From: Octopus bimaculoides
Taxonomy: Eukaryota
Reading direction: 5' to 3'
DNA: 38,307 nucleotides
NCBI RefSeq assembly: GCF_001194135.2
Contig: NC_068988.1
Span: 78,947,636-78,985,942, forward strand
The position numbers and the translations under genes were made by a program. Shown here one piece after another: positions 38,271 through 38,307 of this stretch (the first letter of the stretch is position 1; every line of letters starts with the position of its first letter). Under the pieces are notes generated by a model. It worked only from the letters and a program-made list of their open reading frames with translations, ran no database searches and was not told where the DNA came from.

Positions 38271-38307
<37 letters not shown>
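37340..38307. repeat. AT-rich low-complexity region: (TA)n, ATGTA/TAATA pentamers, GT compound repeats
   Basis: Seen directly; interrupted by short unique segments at about 37500-37680 and 38020-38200. Confidence 0.85.

Overview
AT-rich, microsatellite-dense animal genomic DNA with six assembly gaps. The repeat content resembles an octopus/coleoid cephalopod draft assembly (inference from recalled repeat families, not checked by search). I find no intact host protein-coding gene; nearly all listed ORFs are microsatellite, gap or dead-transposon artefacts. The dominant feature is a set of restriction-like-endonuclease non-LTR retrotransposons of the R4/Dong type, mostly joined to (TAA)n tracts: one near full-length decayed copy (Myb-like, RT, CCHC, RLE; about 15306-18790, minus) and at least four partial copies from several divergent families. 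From 11.7 to 18.8 kb these form a chain linked by (TAA)n tracts, alternating with two independent copies of a non-coding element of about 530-550 bp with no recognisable tRNA/5S/7SL head. That element is the best candidate for something undescribed: a possible (TAA)n-targeted passenger of Dong. Also present: a decayed mariner, a Tigger/pogo-like MITE with an internal 14-bp tandem array, two hAT-type MITEs with 8-bp TSDs, a 725-bp foldback element, many tRNA-type SINE copies, a LINE 3' remnant and two degenerate hammerhead-like motifs.
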